DNA from: an uncultured Gammaproteobacteria bacterium
GTDB taxonomy: Bacteria > Pseudomonadota > Gammaproteobacteria > UBA9214
Assembly: GCA_963710815.1 (NCBI GenBank)
Contig: CAVQCA010000154.1
Coordinates: 8,750-72,749, forward strand
DNA length: 64,000 bases
Reading direction: 5' to 3'
The notes under the pieces are model-generated. The model searched no databases. It had not been told where the DNA came from and saw nothing but the letters and a program-made list of their open reading frames with translations. Position 1 is the first letter of the stretch; each line of letters starts with the position of its first letter. The translations under genes and the position numbers were made by a program. Below, one piece after another: positions 37,739 through 47,492 of this stretch.

Positions 37739-38629
37739 ATGAATACCCGGAAACTCACCGTTGGATTGATCCAGCTTCGCTGTAGCGCGGAACTCGACCG
37801 GAACCTGACGGCCGTGATCGAGGGCATCCGCAAGGCGGTGATCCGGGGCGCCCGGCTGATCCTGCTGCCGGAACTTCATAACAGCCCGTATTTCTGCCAG
37901 ACGGAGGATGTGGACAATTTCGACCTGGCCGAGACCATACCCGGACCCACTACCGAGCGGCTCGGCGCGCTTGCCGCCGAACTCGGCGTCGTCATCGTCG
38001 CCTCGATCTTCGAGAAGCGGGCGGCAGGGCTCTACCACAACACGGCGGTCGCACTCGACAGCGACGGCCGAATCGCCGGCCGTTATCGCAAGATGCACAT
38101 ACCCGACGATCCCGGGTATTACGAAAAATTCTATTTCACGCCGGGTGACCTGGGCTTCACCCCGGTGCCGACCGCCGTCGGCACACTCGGCATCCTCGTC
38201 TGCTGGGACCAGTGGTATCCGGAAGCGGCACGGCTGATGGCCCTCGGTGGCGCGCAGATCCTGCTCTACCCGACGGCGATCGGCTGGAACCCGGGAGATG
38301 CCGACGACGAAAAGATGCGCCAGCGCGAAGCCTGGCTGACGATCCAGCGCGCACACGCCATCGCCAACGGGCTGCCCGTTCTGAGCTGCAACCGCACAGG
38401 CTTCGAGGCGGACGCCTCCGGGCACACCCGGGGCATCGAGTTCTGGGGCAGCAGCGCGGTGTTCGGCCCCCAGGGCGAGGTCATCGAACAGGCCACGGAG
38501 AACGAGGCCGGGATCATTATCGCCACGCTTGATCTGCAGCGTACGGAACAGGTGCGACGGCTGTGGCCCTACCTGCGCGACCGGCGCATCGACGCCTACC
38601 AGGACCTGCTGCGGCGCTTTTGCGATTGA
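37739..38629 (+). CDS. aguB: N-carbamoylputrescine amidase (nitrilase family)
   Basis: LPELH, YRKMHIPDDPGYYEKFYFTPGD, CWDQWYPE, YPTAIGW; follows aguA. Confidence 0.92.
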   Translation: MNTRKLTVGLIQLRCSAELDRNLTAVIEGIRKAVIRGARLILLPELHNSPYFCQTEDVDNFDLAETIPGPTTERLGALAAELGVVIVASIFEKRAAGLYHNTAVALDSDGRIAGRYRKMHIPDDPGYYEKFYFTPGDLGFTPVPTAVGTLGILVCWDQWYPEAARLMALGGAQILLYPTAIGWNPGDADDEKMRQREAWLTIQRAHAIANGLPVLSCNRTGFEADASGHTRGIEFWGSSAVFGPQGEVIEQATENEAGIIIATLDLQRTEQVRRLWPYLRDRRIDAYQDLLRRFCD

Positions 38630-38714
38630 GCCTGGACGCGCCGGGTGCACCGCTGGCGAGCGCCGCGCTTTCCATGGATAATGTCCTGCTGATCCGTTTC
38701 CCGGGAACACCCTC

Positions 38715-39851
38715 ATGATTTTGATTCTGAACGCGGATACCGACAAGAGCGGTACCGCCTACCGGCAGCTGATGGAACACCTGTCCCACCTGCCGAATAT
38801 CACGGCTCGCGTTCACGACGAGGTCGGTGCACGGCAGACGCTGACCGAAATCTACCTCGTGGGCGACACGGCCGCGCTGCAGATCGAGGATATGGTGACC
38901 CTGCCGTGCGTGGAGCGGGTGGTGCGCGTCTCCGAGGAATACCGCATTCTCGGCCGTCACCACGATGATGACCGTGCGACCCATTTCGAATACAACGGCG
39001 TGTGCTTCGGCCAGGACAACCTGAATATCTTCGCCGGCCTGTGCGCCGTCGATACGCCCGGGCATGTCGAGATCATGATGAAGGCCCTGCAGGAACGCGG
39101 CCTGCCCTGCACCCGCATGGGCGCCTACAAACCGCGCACCAACCCCTATTCCTTCCAGGGGCATGGCAAGAGCTGTCTGCCCTATGTGTTCGAACTCGCG
39201 GGCAAATACGACATCAAGGTCATCGCCATGGAAGTGACCCATGACATGCACGTGCGTGAAATCCGGGAAGCGCTCGAGCTGACCGGCAATCCGACCGGGG
39301 TGATGCTGCAGATCGGCACCCGCAACACCCAGAACTTCGAACTGCTCAAGGCGGCGGGTCGACAACGTGATTTCCCCGTGCTGCTGAAGCGCGGCTTCGG
39401 CATCACACTGGAGGAATCCCTCAACGCGGCCGAATACCTGGCGAGCGAAGGCAACCGGCGCGTCGTGTTTGGATTGCGCGGCATGAAGACCAACATGGGC
39501 GACCCGCATCGCAACTTTGTCGATTTCTCCCATGTACCGGTTGTCAAGCGCCTGACGCGCATGCCCGTGTGCATCGACCCCTCGCATTCCGTGGGTACGC
39601 GCGATGCCTCACCGGAAGGCATCCTGGATGTTTTCCACGTAACCGCCCAGGGGGTGATCGCCGGTGCCAACATGATACTGGTCGATTTTCATCCCGCCCC
39701 GGGCAAGGCGCTGGTCGATGGCCCGCAGGCGCTGCACATGGATGAACTCGACTATTTTCTCGAGGATGTCAGGCTGGCGCGCGAGGCTTACGAGAAGCGC
39801 GTGGCCCTGGCCAGGAAACACCGCAACCCGCAAAAGGCGTCGGCCGCCTGA
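38715..39851 (+). CDS. 3-deoxy-7-phosphoheptulonate (DAHP) synthase, class I-beta with N-terminal regulatory domain
   Basis: AGLCAV, GAYKPRTNPYSFQG, QIGTRNTQNF, LLKRG, DPSHS; N-terminal ferredoxin-like segment ending VERVVRVS. Confidence 0.92.
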   Translation: MILILNADTDKSGTAYRQLMEHLSHLPNITARVHDEVGARQTLTEIYLVGDTAALQIEDMVTLPCVERVVRVSEEYRILGRHHDDDRATHFEYNGVCFGQDNLNIFAGLCAVDTPGHVEIMMKALQERGLPCTRMGAYKPRTNPYSFQGHGKSCLPYVFELAGKYDIKVIAMEVTHDMHVREIREALELTGNPTGVMLQIGTRNTQNFELLKAAGRQRDFPVLLKRGFGITLEESLNAAEYLASEGNRRVVFGLRGMKTNMGDPHRNFVDFSHVPVVKRLTRMPVCIDPSHSVGTRDASPEGILDVFHVTAQGVIAGANMILVDFHPAPGKALVDGPQALHMDELDYFLEDVRLAREAYEKRVALARKHRNPQKASAA

Positions 39852-39973
39852 TCCCGCGCCTCATCACGTAAGGCACTCCGGTCTGATGAGCCGGGAGATG
39901 TCCGGATGGTCTGTCGACCACTCAAGGCGCTATACTTCCCCGGCAATGACCTTTCACCTACAGGAGACCTGCA

Positions 39974-40177
39974 ATGTCCGCAATGAGAATGGTATTTCTG
40001 GCAATGGCCGCCCTGATCCTGCTCGGCATCTGGCTGACCGGATTCCACACGGTGCACTGGGTGCTGTATATACCGATGGCGGCGTTGGTCTTCGCCGGCG
40101 TAACCGGCATCTGCCCCGGCTATCTGCTGTTCAAAACACTCGGGTTCAAGGGGCAATTACCCGGCAACAAGGTGTGA
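39974..40177 (+). CDS. DUF2892 (YgaP-like) small membrane protein
   Basis: CAGGAG RBS; two hydrophobic segments ending GVTGICP. Confidence 0.8.
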   Translation: MSAMRMVFLAMAALILLGIWLTGFHTVHWVLYIPMAALVFAGVTGICPGYLLFKTLGFKGQLPGNKV

Positions 40178-40356
40178 TTGAGCTCGCCGCTGCCGCATTG
40201 CCCGGCGCACCACAGACGCGCCCCTGAACCCGCGGCGACACACGCCCTGTGCAGTTGTCATGCATAGGGCAGTTTTTCCCCGATTACCCTGAAACCCGAC
40301 CACGGCGGAAGGCCTGAATACCGTTTGTTACCTCGGCAACCCCGCGATTCCGATAC

Positions 40357-43300
40357 ATGCCCCGCTCGGTACCACACCATGAAGAACCCGCGCCGGCCAG
40401 CCTGCTCGAGCCGGTGCTTCCCGGCAAACGGCGCGTCGTCACCTGGACCCGGCTGACCGGCGATACTCTGCCGCTGGTGCTCGCGCACGCCGCCCGGCGG
40501 CTCAATGGTCCGCTTGCCGTCATCGCGCCGGACATGCAGCGCGCCGAACTGCTGCAGGAGCAGCTGGAGTTTTTTCTCGGCGGCAGCGACATCGGCATCA
40601 AGACCTTCCCCGACTGGGAAACGCTCCCCTACGATGTCTTCTCACCGCACCAGGACATCATTTCGGAGCGGCTGGCGACGCTGAACCACCTGGCCGAGAT
40701 GCGCCAGGGCGTGCTGATCATCGCCATCACCACCCTGCTGCAGCGCCTGCCGCCCCGCAGCTTTCTCTATCAACACAGCCTCATGCTGAACCGCGGGCAG
40801 CAGCTCGACCAGGATGCGATGCGCACGCGACTCGACAGCGCCGGCTACCGCTGCGTCGCCCAGGTCATGGAACACGGGGAATTCGCCGTACGCGGCTCGC
40901 TCCTCGACCTCTACCCCATGGGCAGTCCCCTGCCGCTGCGCATCGACCTGCTGGACGAGGAGATCGATTCCATCAGGACCTTCGACCCGGAAACCCAGCG
41001 CTCCCTGGCGGAGCAGGAGACCGTCATGCTCCTGCCGGCCCGGGAATTCCCTTTCGACGAGGAGGCCATCAAGGGGTTCCGCCGGCGCTTTCGCGCAACC
41101 TTCGAGGGCAACCCGCAGGACTGCCCCGTCTACCGCGATGTCAGCCAGGGAAACACCCCGGGCGGGATCGAATACTACCTGCCGCTCTTCTTCGAGGAAA
41201 CGGCAACACTGTTCGATTACCTGCCCGACGACACCTGCCTCGCATTCCTGGACGCCGCCGAGGCGGCCGGCGAGGAATTCCAGACACAACTCGCCGAGCG
41301 CCATGAATCGCGCCGGCATGACCGGGAGCGTCCGCTGCTCCCCCCCGACAGGCTCTATCTCGGCAGCGCCGAACTGTGCGACTACCAGGGCCGGTATCCG
41401 CGGATCGAGGTGGCCGGGCCAGGCGCGCCCGACCTCCCGGGCGAGTGCATTCCCTACGCGACCCGCGCGACCGCCGATCTCAGGATTCGGCCGCGTCACG
41501 AAGCGCCCGCCGGCGCCCTGCAGGAGTTCGTTGCCGGCTTCCCCGGGCGCATCCTGCTGACGGCGGAGTCCAGCGGCCGGCGCGAGACCCTGCTCGACCA
41601 GTTGCATGGTTTCGGTATTCGGCCTGCCACGGTCGGCTCATGGGCGGAATTCCTGGCTTCGACCGATTCCCTGTGCCTGACGGTCGCCCCGCTGGAGCAG
41701 GGCCTGGTGATGGATGCGCCGGCCATCGCCGTGATTACCGAAAGCAGCCTGTTCGGCGAACGCGCCCGGCAGACGCGCCGGCGCAAGCCGGAACGCGATC
41801 CCGCCGCAATCATCCGGGATCTCACCGACCTCAACCTCGGGGCGCCGGTGGTGCACGAGGACCATGGCGTCGGGCGCTATCGTGGGCTGGAGACGCTGAC
41901 CGTCAACGCCATCCCGGGCGAGTACCTGTGCATCGAGTACGACGGCGGGGACAAGCTCTATGTCCCGGTCGCCTCCCTGCAGCTGGTCAGCCGCTACACC
42001 GGGGCGGCGCCCGAACACGCCCCGCTGCACAAACTCGGCGGAGAGCAGTGGCAGCGCGCCCGGCAGAAGGCCGCCAGCCGGGTTCACGACGTGGCGGTCG
42101 AGCTGCTGGATATCCATGCGCGCCGGGCCGCCCATCCGGGCCATGCCTATGCGCCGCCGCATGACGAATACGCGGCGTTCGCCGCCTCGTTTCCGTTTGA
42201 GGAAACGCCCGACCAGGAACAGACCATTGCCAGCGTGCTTACCGACATGGAATCGCCGCTGCCGATGGACCGGGTGGTATGCGGCGATGTCGGCTTCGGC
42301 AAGACGGAAGTGGCCATGCGGGCGGCGTTTCTGGCAATTCAGGACGGCAGGCAGGTGGCCCTGCTGGTGCCGACCACGCTGCTCGCGCAGCAGCACTTCC
42401 AGAACTTCCGTGACCGCTTCTCCGACTGGCCGGTGCGCATCGAGGTCCTGTCGCGCTTCCGCAGCGGCCGCCAGCAGGAGGTGATCCTGGCCGGCATCGC
42501 CGACGGTTCGGTCGACCTCGTCATCGGCACGCACAAACTGCTGCAGGAACAGGTCCGGTTCAAGCGCCTGGGGCTGCTGATCATCGACGAGGAACACCGC
42601 TTCGGGGTCACGCAGAAGGAACGGCTGAAAAAGCTGCGCGCCGAGATCGACATCCTCACGCTGACGGCGACTCCGATACCACGCACGCTGAACATGTCGC
42701 TTTCCGGGCTGCGCGACCTGTCGATCATCAGCACTCCGCCCGCGCACCGGCTCGCCGTCCGGACGTTCATCTCCGAATGGAACGACGCGGCCATCCGTGA
42801 GGCCTGCCTGCGCGAGATCAAGCGCGGCGGCCAGGTCTATTTCCTGCACAACCAGGTGGAATCCATCGAACGCATCGCCGAAGAACTCATGCGCATCATT
42901 CCCGAGGCGGGCATCGGGATCGCCCACGGCCAGATGCGCGAGCGCGACCTGGAGCGCGTCATGCTCGACTTCTACCACCGGCGCTTCAACCTGCTGGTGT
43001 GCTCCACCATCATCGAGAGCGGCATCGACATACCGACGGCCAATACCATCATCATCAACCGGGCGGACAAACTCGGCCTGGCCCAGCTGCACCAGCTGCG
43101 CGGCCGTGTCGGCCGCTCGCATCACCGCGCCTATGCCTACCTGCTGACGCCACCGCGCAAGGCGATGACGGCCGACGCCGTCAAACGGCTGGAGGCGATT
43201 GCCTCGATGGAGGATCTCGGCGCCGGCTTCACCCTCGCCACCCATGACCTGGAAATCCGCGGCGCGGGAGAGCTGCTCGGAGATGAACAGAGCGGCCAGA

Positions 43301-43875
43301 TCCACGAGATCGGCTACACGCTCTACTCCGACCTGCTGGCCCGTGCCGTAAAGGCGCTCAAGGAAGGCCGACAGCCGGAGCTCGGGAAGCCGCTGCACCA
43401 CGGGCCGGAAATCGACCTGCTGCTGCCGGCCCTCATTCCCGACGACTACGTGCCCGACGTCCACACCCGGCTGGTCATGTACAAGCGCATCGCCGGCGCC
43501 GGGACGCGCGCCGCGCTGCGCGAGCTGCAGGTGGAGATGATCGACCGCTTCGGCCTGCTGCCGGAGCCGGTCAGGAACCTGTTCCGGGTGACCGGATTGA
43601 AGCTGGCCGCGGCACCCCTCGGCATCACCCGCATCGAGGTCGGCCGGCATGACGGCCGCATCCTGTTCGGCGCGGATGCCGCGATCGATACCCAGAAACT
43701 GGTAGAGTTGCTGCAGCGCCAGCCGGGATGCTATCGCTTCGAGGGCGGCAACAAGCTGCGTTTGAGCGGCGAGTTCGGGCAGGAGGAGACGCGCTTCGCC
43801 ACGGTGGAGGAACTGCTCGCCACACTGACCCCTCACGACGAGACACAGGATGAACAGACGACACGCACTGGCTAG
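40357..43875 (+). CDS. mfd: Transcription-repair coupling factor
   Basis: FPDWETLPYD, CarD/TRCF VVHEDHGVGRY, GDVGFGKTEVA, DEEHRFG, TATPIPRTL, QLRGRVGR, HDLEIRGAG. Confidence 0.98.
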   Translation: MPRSVPHHEEPAPASLLEPVLPGKRRVVTWTRLTGDTLPLVLAHAARRLNGPLAVIAPDMQRAELLQEQLEFFLGGSDIGIKTFPDWETLPYDVFSPHQDIISERLATLNHLAEMRQGVLIIAITTLLQRLPPRSFLYQHSLMLNRGQQLDQDAMRTRLDSAGYRCVAQVMEHGEFAVRGSLLDLYPMGSPLPLRIDLLDEEIDSIRTFDPETQRSLAEQETVMLLPAREFPFDEEAIKGFRRRFRATFEGNPQDCPVYRDVSQGNTPGGIEYYLPLFFEETATLFDYLPDDTCLAFLDAAEAAGEEFQTQLAERHESRRHDRERPLLPPDRLYLGSAELCDYQGRYPRIEVAGPGAPDLPGECIPYATRATADLRIRPRHEAPAGALQEFVAGFPGRILLTAESSGRRETLLDQLHGFGIRPATVGSWAEFLASTDSLCLTVAPLEQGLVMDAPAIAVITESSLFGERARQTRRRKPERDPAAIIRDLTDLNLGAPVVHEDHGVGRYRGLETLTVNAIPGEYLCIEYDGGDKLYVPVASLQLVSRYTGAAPEHAPLHKLGGEQWQRARQKAASRVHDVAVELLDIHARRAAHPGHAYAPPHDEYAAFAASFPFEETPDQEQTIASVLTDMESPLPMDRVVCGDVGFGKTEVAMRAAFLAIQDGRQVALLVPTTLLAQQHFQNFRDRFSDWPVRIEVLSRFRSGRQQEVILAGIADGSVDLVIGTHKLLQEQVRFKRLGLLIIDEEHRFGVTQKERLKKLRAEIDILTLTATPIPRTLNMSLSGLRDLSIISTPPAHRLAVRTFISEWNDAAIREACLREIKRGGQVYFLHNQVESIERIAEELMRIIPEAGIGIAHGQMRERDLERVMLDFYHRRFNLLVCSTIIESGIDIPTANTIIINRADKLGLAQLHQLRGRVGRSHHRAYAYLLTPPRKAMTADAVKRLEAIASMEDLGAGFTLATHDLEIRGAGELLGDEQSGQIHEIGYTLYSDLLARAVKALKEGRQPELGKPLHHGPEIDLLLPALIPDDYVPDVHTRLVMYKRIAGAGTRAALRELQVEMIDRFGLLPEPVRNLFRVTGLKLAAAPLGITRIEVGRHDGRILFGADAAIDTQKLVELLQRQPGCYRFEGGNKLRLSGEFGQEETRFATVEELLATLTPHDETQDEQTTRTG

Positions 43876-44560
43876 ACCCGCACGTTTACACGACACCCGC
43901 CGGCGTCCGGCCCGCGTGTGGCTGATGTATACCCTTGCCGCCCTGTGCGGCCTCGGCGCAACGGTGGCCGCCGCGGCCGACCAGTACGACGTCGAGGTGA
44001 TCGTGTTCCGCAACCTCGCGCCCCGCGATGACGGCGAACAATGGCCGGCCGACACCGGCGAGCGTGCCGGCGGATTCGCCAGCGTTCCCCTGCAGCAGGG
44101 AGTGGAGGGAGTGGAGGAACTGCCGCAGAGCCAATTCGCGCTCAACAACGTGGCGGGCGCGCTGCGGCGCTCCGGCGCCTATCAGGTGCTCGTCCACCGA
44201 CTCTGGCGGGAGACGGCATACGACAGCAAGAGCGCCGTGCCCTATGAGCTTGACGTATCCGAGGGCGGGTCAGACACGCTCGCGGGTTCGATCAAAGTCA
44301 TCCGCGAGCGCTACCTGCACCTGGACATCGATCTCACGCTAAGCTCCTCCGGTTCACTTTACCGCCTGGACGAGATGCGGCGCATCCGCAGCGGCGAGCT
44401 GCATTATTTCGACAACCCCCACTTCGGCGTCATTGCGAAAGTGACGCCGTACGACCCGGGCGAGTCGCCGCCGCAGGCGGCGACCGGTGCCGGCACGGCC
44501 ACCCCGGCTCCGGACGAGGAATCCAGACCCGAAGCGCAACCGCCGGTTCCGGCACCCTGA
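43850..44560 (+). CDS. CsiV family peptidoglycan-binding protein
   Basis: YDVEVIVF, YQVLVHRLWR, RYLHLDIDL, RRIRSGELHYFDNPHFGV; typical position after mfd. Confidence 0.82.
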   Translation: MNRRHALARPARLHDTRRRPARVWLMYTLAALCGLGATVAAAADQYDVEVIVFRNLAPRDDGEQWPADTGERAGGFASVPLQQGVEGVEELPQSQFALNNVAGALRRSGAYQVLVHRLWRETAYDSKSAVPYELDVSEGGSDTLAGSIKVIRERYLHLDIDLTLSSSGSLYRLDEMRRIRSGELHYFDNPHFGVIAKVTPYDPGESPPQAATGAGTATPAPDEESRPEAQPPVPAP

Positions 44561-44612
44561 CCCGTCAACCCGGGCGAAAGCGGGGTCCGGTACCTCACTG
44601 ATTCTGCACAGG

Positions 44613-44639
44613 CTGAATTCCCGCCTTTGCGGGAAGAAC
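44613..44639. repeat. Single dRS3/REP-like hairpin unit
   Basis: TTCCCGC-CTTT-GCGGGAA; the minus strand reads TTCCCGCAAAGGCGGGAATTCAG. Confidence 0.55.
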
Positions 44640-44893
44640 AGAGTTGATCAGCGCCATAAGTCGAATGGCAATTACTTAACGATCATGGCGATTGACTCAC
44701 CACCCCGCAGCATGAAAAATGCTGTCAATCAACTCTTCCTCACCAGATGACCGAAGTTAGAGGCACCTTGGGCGGTGCTTGACTGAGGTCCACGAGCGAG
44801 GAAGCTCTTCACCTATCGTGTCTCTTAGAGACCGCGAAAGATTGTGTTATTTCTATCTCCGTATTTTTCACGCTAAGCGATTCCACCCTCGAT

Positions 44894-45021
44894 GTAGGGT
44901 GGATGAGGCACGCCGTGTGTGCCGTAATCCACCGGACGTGCCGGCAGGCACGCAATAAAAAAGACCTTGTGTTGCTGCGCAACGCCCGGTGGATTACGCA
45001 AAAAGCGCTAACCCACATTAC
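44894..45021. repeat. GTAG-type REP pair (BIME-like)
   Basis: GTAGGGTGGATGAGGC...CGTAATCCACCGG and inverted CCGGTGGATTACGC...GCTAACCCACATTAC, between convergent csiV and mtiP. Confidence 0.75.
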
Positions 45022-45073
45022 ATTACGGCTTAAGTAAACGCCATTCGCCTTATGTCGCGTACCGCTGCGGCGC

Positions 45074-45814
45074 TCAGTCCTGCGCCAATACACGTTCGAG
45101 CAGCGCCCTGACCTGCCGCATGGCATGCCGGAGGTTGAGCTCGATCTCGCCCATTTCGATGATCCCCTCGCCGCGTCCCGCGGCCCAGTTGGCGCAGACC
45201 GCACAGTGGGCGTAGCACAGGCCGAGTTCCCGGGCGAGCGCGGCCTCCGGCATGCCGGTCATGCCCGCCATATCGCAGCCGTCGCGCGCCATGCGATCGA
45301 CCTCCGCGGCCGATTCCAGGCGCGGACCCTGGGTCGCCCCGTAGGTGCCGCGCGGGATGAGCGCGATGCCGGCCGCGGCGGCGGCCGTGATCAGGACGCC
45401 GCGCAGGTCCTCGCAATAGGGACGGGTGAAATCGACGTGGGTGACATGGCTGAGCCCGGTATCGAAGAAGGTATGCTCCCGCGACCAGGTGTAGTCGATG
45501 ATCTGGTCCGGTACGGCAAGCGCGCGCGGCGGCATGTCCCTGCCGATGCCGCCCACGGCGCAAACGGCGAGGATGCGCGCGACGCCGGCTTCCTTCAGGG
45601 CCCAGAGGTTGGCGCGGTAATTCACCCGGTGCGGCGGGATGGTGTGCGCATCGCCGTGGCGCGCGAGAAACACGACCTCGGCCCCGCCTAGCCTGCCGAA
45701 GGTGAGCGCCGCGGAAGGTTCGCCGTAGGGGGTGCGTGGAGTCTCGCGCCGCACGATCTCGAGGTTCTGCAGCGCGGTCAGACCGGTGCCGCCGATGATC
45801 GCGAGATCGACCAT
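45074..45814 (-). CDS. S-methyl-5'-thioinosine/thioadenosine phosphorylase
   Basis: AIIGGTG, TPYGEPS, FLARHG, PPHRVNYRAN, TQGPRLES, GMTGMPEA. Confidence 0.93.
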   Translation of the reverse strand: MVDLAIIGGTGLTALQNLEIVRRETPRTPYGEPSAALTFGRLGGAEVVFLARHGDAHTIPPHRVNYRANLWALKEAGVARILAVCAVGGIGRDMPPRALAVPDQIIDYTWSREHTFFDTGLSHVTHVDFTRPYCEDLRGVLITAAAAAGIALIPRGTYGATQGPRLESAAEVDRMARDGCDMAGMTGMPEAALARELGLCYAHCAVCANWAAGRGEGIIEMGEIELNLRHAMRQVRALLERVLAQD

Positions 45815-45818
45815 CCCG

Positions 45819-46397
45819 CTACCCCGCCTCTGCCCGGGCATGGTCTTCACCGAGGGTGAAGATGCCGTTGAGATTGCGCAGATAGCCCTTGTAGTCCATG
45901 CCGCAGCCGAACACGTAGCGATCCTCCACCGCCAGCCCGACGAAATCCGCCGTCATGCCGGCCACGCGCCGCTCATGCTGCTTCTCGACCAGGACGGCGG
46001 TATAGACGCGCGCCGCGCCGGCGTCACAGCAATACCCGCTGATGGCCTTCAGGGTATGACCTTCGTCGAGAATGTCATCGACCAGCAGGACGGTGCGCCC
46101 CTGCAATGACAGATGCGGCTTGCACAACCAGGCGATCTCACTGCCGCCGGTAGTTTTGCCGCGATAGCGCGTGGCGTGCAGGTAGTCGGTCTCCAGCGGG
46201 AAGTCCAGGCGGGTCAGCAGGTGCCCGGTCGGAATGATGCCGCCATTGAGGACACAGGTCACGACCGGCAGCGTGCCGTCGAGCGCCGCCGTGATCGCGC
46301 CCGCCATGCGGTCGAGGGCCGCGGTGACCGCTTCGGGGCCGTGCAGTATGACGGCCTCGTCCCGGATTTCCCTCAGTGTCACGTCTGTCAGCGTCAT
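45819..46397 (-). CDS. Hypoxanthine-guanine phosphoribosyltransferase
   Basis: CVLNGG, HATRYRG, PRPP site VLLVDDILDEGHT, YVFGCGMDYKG. Confidence 0.92.
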   Translation of the reverse strand: MTLTDVTLREIRDEAVILHGPEAVTAALDRMAGAITAALDGTLPVVTCVLNGGIIPTGHLLTRLDFPLETDYLHATRYRGKTTGGSEIAWLCKPHLSLQGRTVLLVDDILDEGHTLKAISGYCCDAGAARVYTAVLVEKQHERRVAGMTADFVGLAVEDRYVFGCGMDYKGYLRNLNGIFTLGEDHARAEAG

Positions 46398-46445
46398 CGT
46401 CGTTTGTCCATCCCTGTCATCCGGCGCGGAGCGCCCGCTATCGCC

Positions 46446-47492
46446 TCAAACACCCAGGTCCAGCTCCGGTTCCGGCTCGCATCCCGTGACCGCGGCCACG
46501 GCCTGCTGCCAGCGTGGATCGCGCCGCAACCGCGCGTGATCCGGCGCCGGGCGCCCGTGCATACGGGCGATGCGGATGTGGGTGACAGGGTTGATGTATT
46601 CGACCAGCGCCTCGGCGACCCGTACGGCCTGCTCGCGGGCGTTGCAGACCAGCACCATATCACATCCGGCCTGCAGGGAAATTCTCGCCCGTTCGCTGTG
46701 ATCACCGGCGCAGGCGGCCGCCTCCATGTTCAGGTCGTCACTGAACACCAGCCCCTGAAATCCCAGCCGGCCGCGCAGCACCTCCCCTATCCAGAACGGC
46801 GAGAAACCGGCCGGGTTGGCGTCCGCCTCCGCATAGACGACGTGCGCCATCATCACGGCGGCGAGGCCATAATGAATCATGCGTTCGAACGGCACCATGT
46901 CCCATTGCGCCAGGTCCGCATAGGCCCGTGGATCGACCGGCAGTTCGAGGTGCGAATCCGCCACCACCGCGCCATGCCCGGGAAAATGTTTGCCGGTGGC
47001 CGCCATGCCTGCCTCGTGCATGCCGCTCTGGTAGGCACGCGCAAGTTCAGCCACGACCTCCGGCCGCCGGTGCAGGGCACGGTCGCCGATCACCGTGGAG
47101 ACACCGTGGTTGAGATCGAGCACGGGGGCGAAGCTGATGTCCACACCGACGGCGCGCAGCTCGGCGGCCATCAGCCAGCCGGTGACCTGGGCCAGGTTCC
47201 GCGCCCGGATCCGGTCGCTGTCGTAGAGATCACCCAGGTAAGCAAGCGGCGGCAGGCGGGTGAAGCCGTCGCGGAAGCGCTGCACCCGTCCGCCCTCCTG
47301 GTCGACCGCCACCAGCAGATGCGGCTCGCGCGCGGCATGGATGGCGTCGATCAGCGCCCTCAACTGTCCGGGGGATTCATAGTTGCGCGCGAACAGGATG
47401 ACCCCGCCGACGGCGGGATGCACCAGCAGTTCGCGGTCTTCCGGCGAGAGTTCCACACCGGAGACGTCCACCATCAGGGGGCCGAGTGTCAT
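46446..47492 (-). CDS. nagZ: Beta-N-acetylhexosaminidase
   Basis: GGVILFARN, VDQEGGRVQR, SFAPVLD, KHFPGHG...DSH, FSDDL. Confidence 0.97.
   Translation of the reverse strand: MTLGPLMVDVSGVELSPEDRELLVHPAVGGVILFARNYESPGQLRALIDAIHAAREPHLLVAVDQEGGRVQRFRDGFTRLPPLAYLGDLYDSDRIRARNLAQVTGWLMAAELRAVGVDISFAPVLDLNHGVSTVIGDRALHRRPEVVAELARAYQSGMHEAGMAATGKHFPGHGAVVADSHLELPVDPRAYADLAQWDMVPFERMIHYGLAAVMMAHVVYAEADANPAGFSPFWIGEVLRGRLGFQGLVFSDDLNMEAAACAGDHSERARISLQAGCDMVLVCNAREQAVRVAEALVEYINPVTHIRIARMHGRPAPDHARLRRDPRWQQAVAAVTGCEPEPELDLGV

Noticed and set aside
39880-39910. CTGATGAG hammerhead-like core (also CTGACGAG at 50946)
   Set aside because: No GAAA after stem II and no cleavage-site helix.
41638-44148. 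836-aa minus-strand ORF and similar long antisense ORFs (e.g. 22999-24420, 32641-34116, 51519-53273, 53748-55139)
   Set aside because: These are antisense shadows of real genes, expected in high-GC DNA, with no recognisable motifs.
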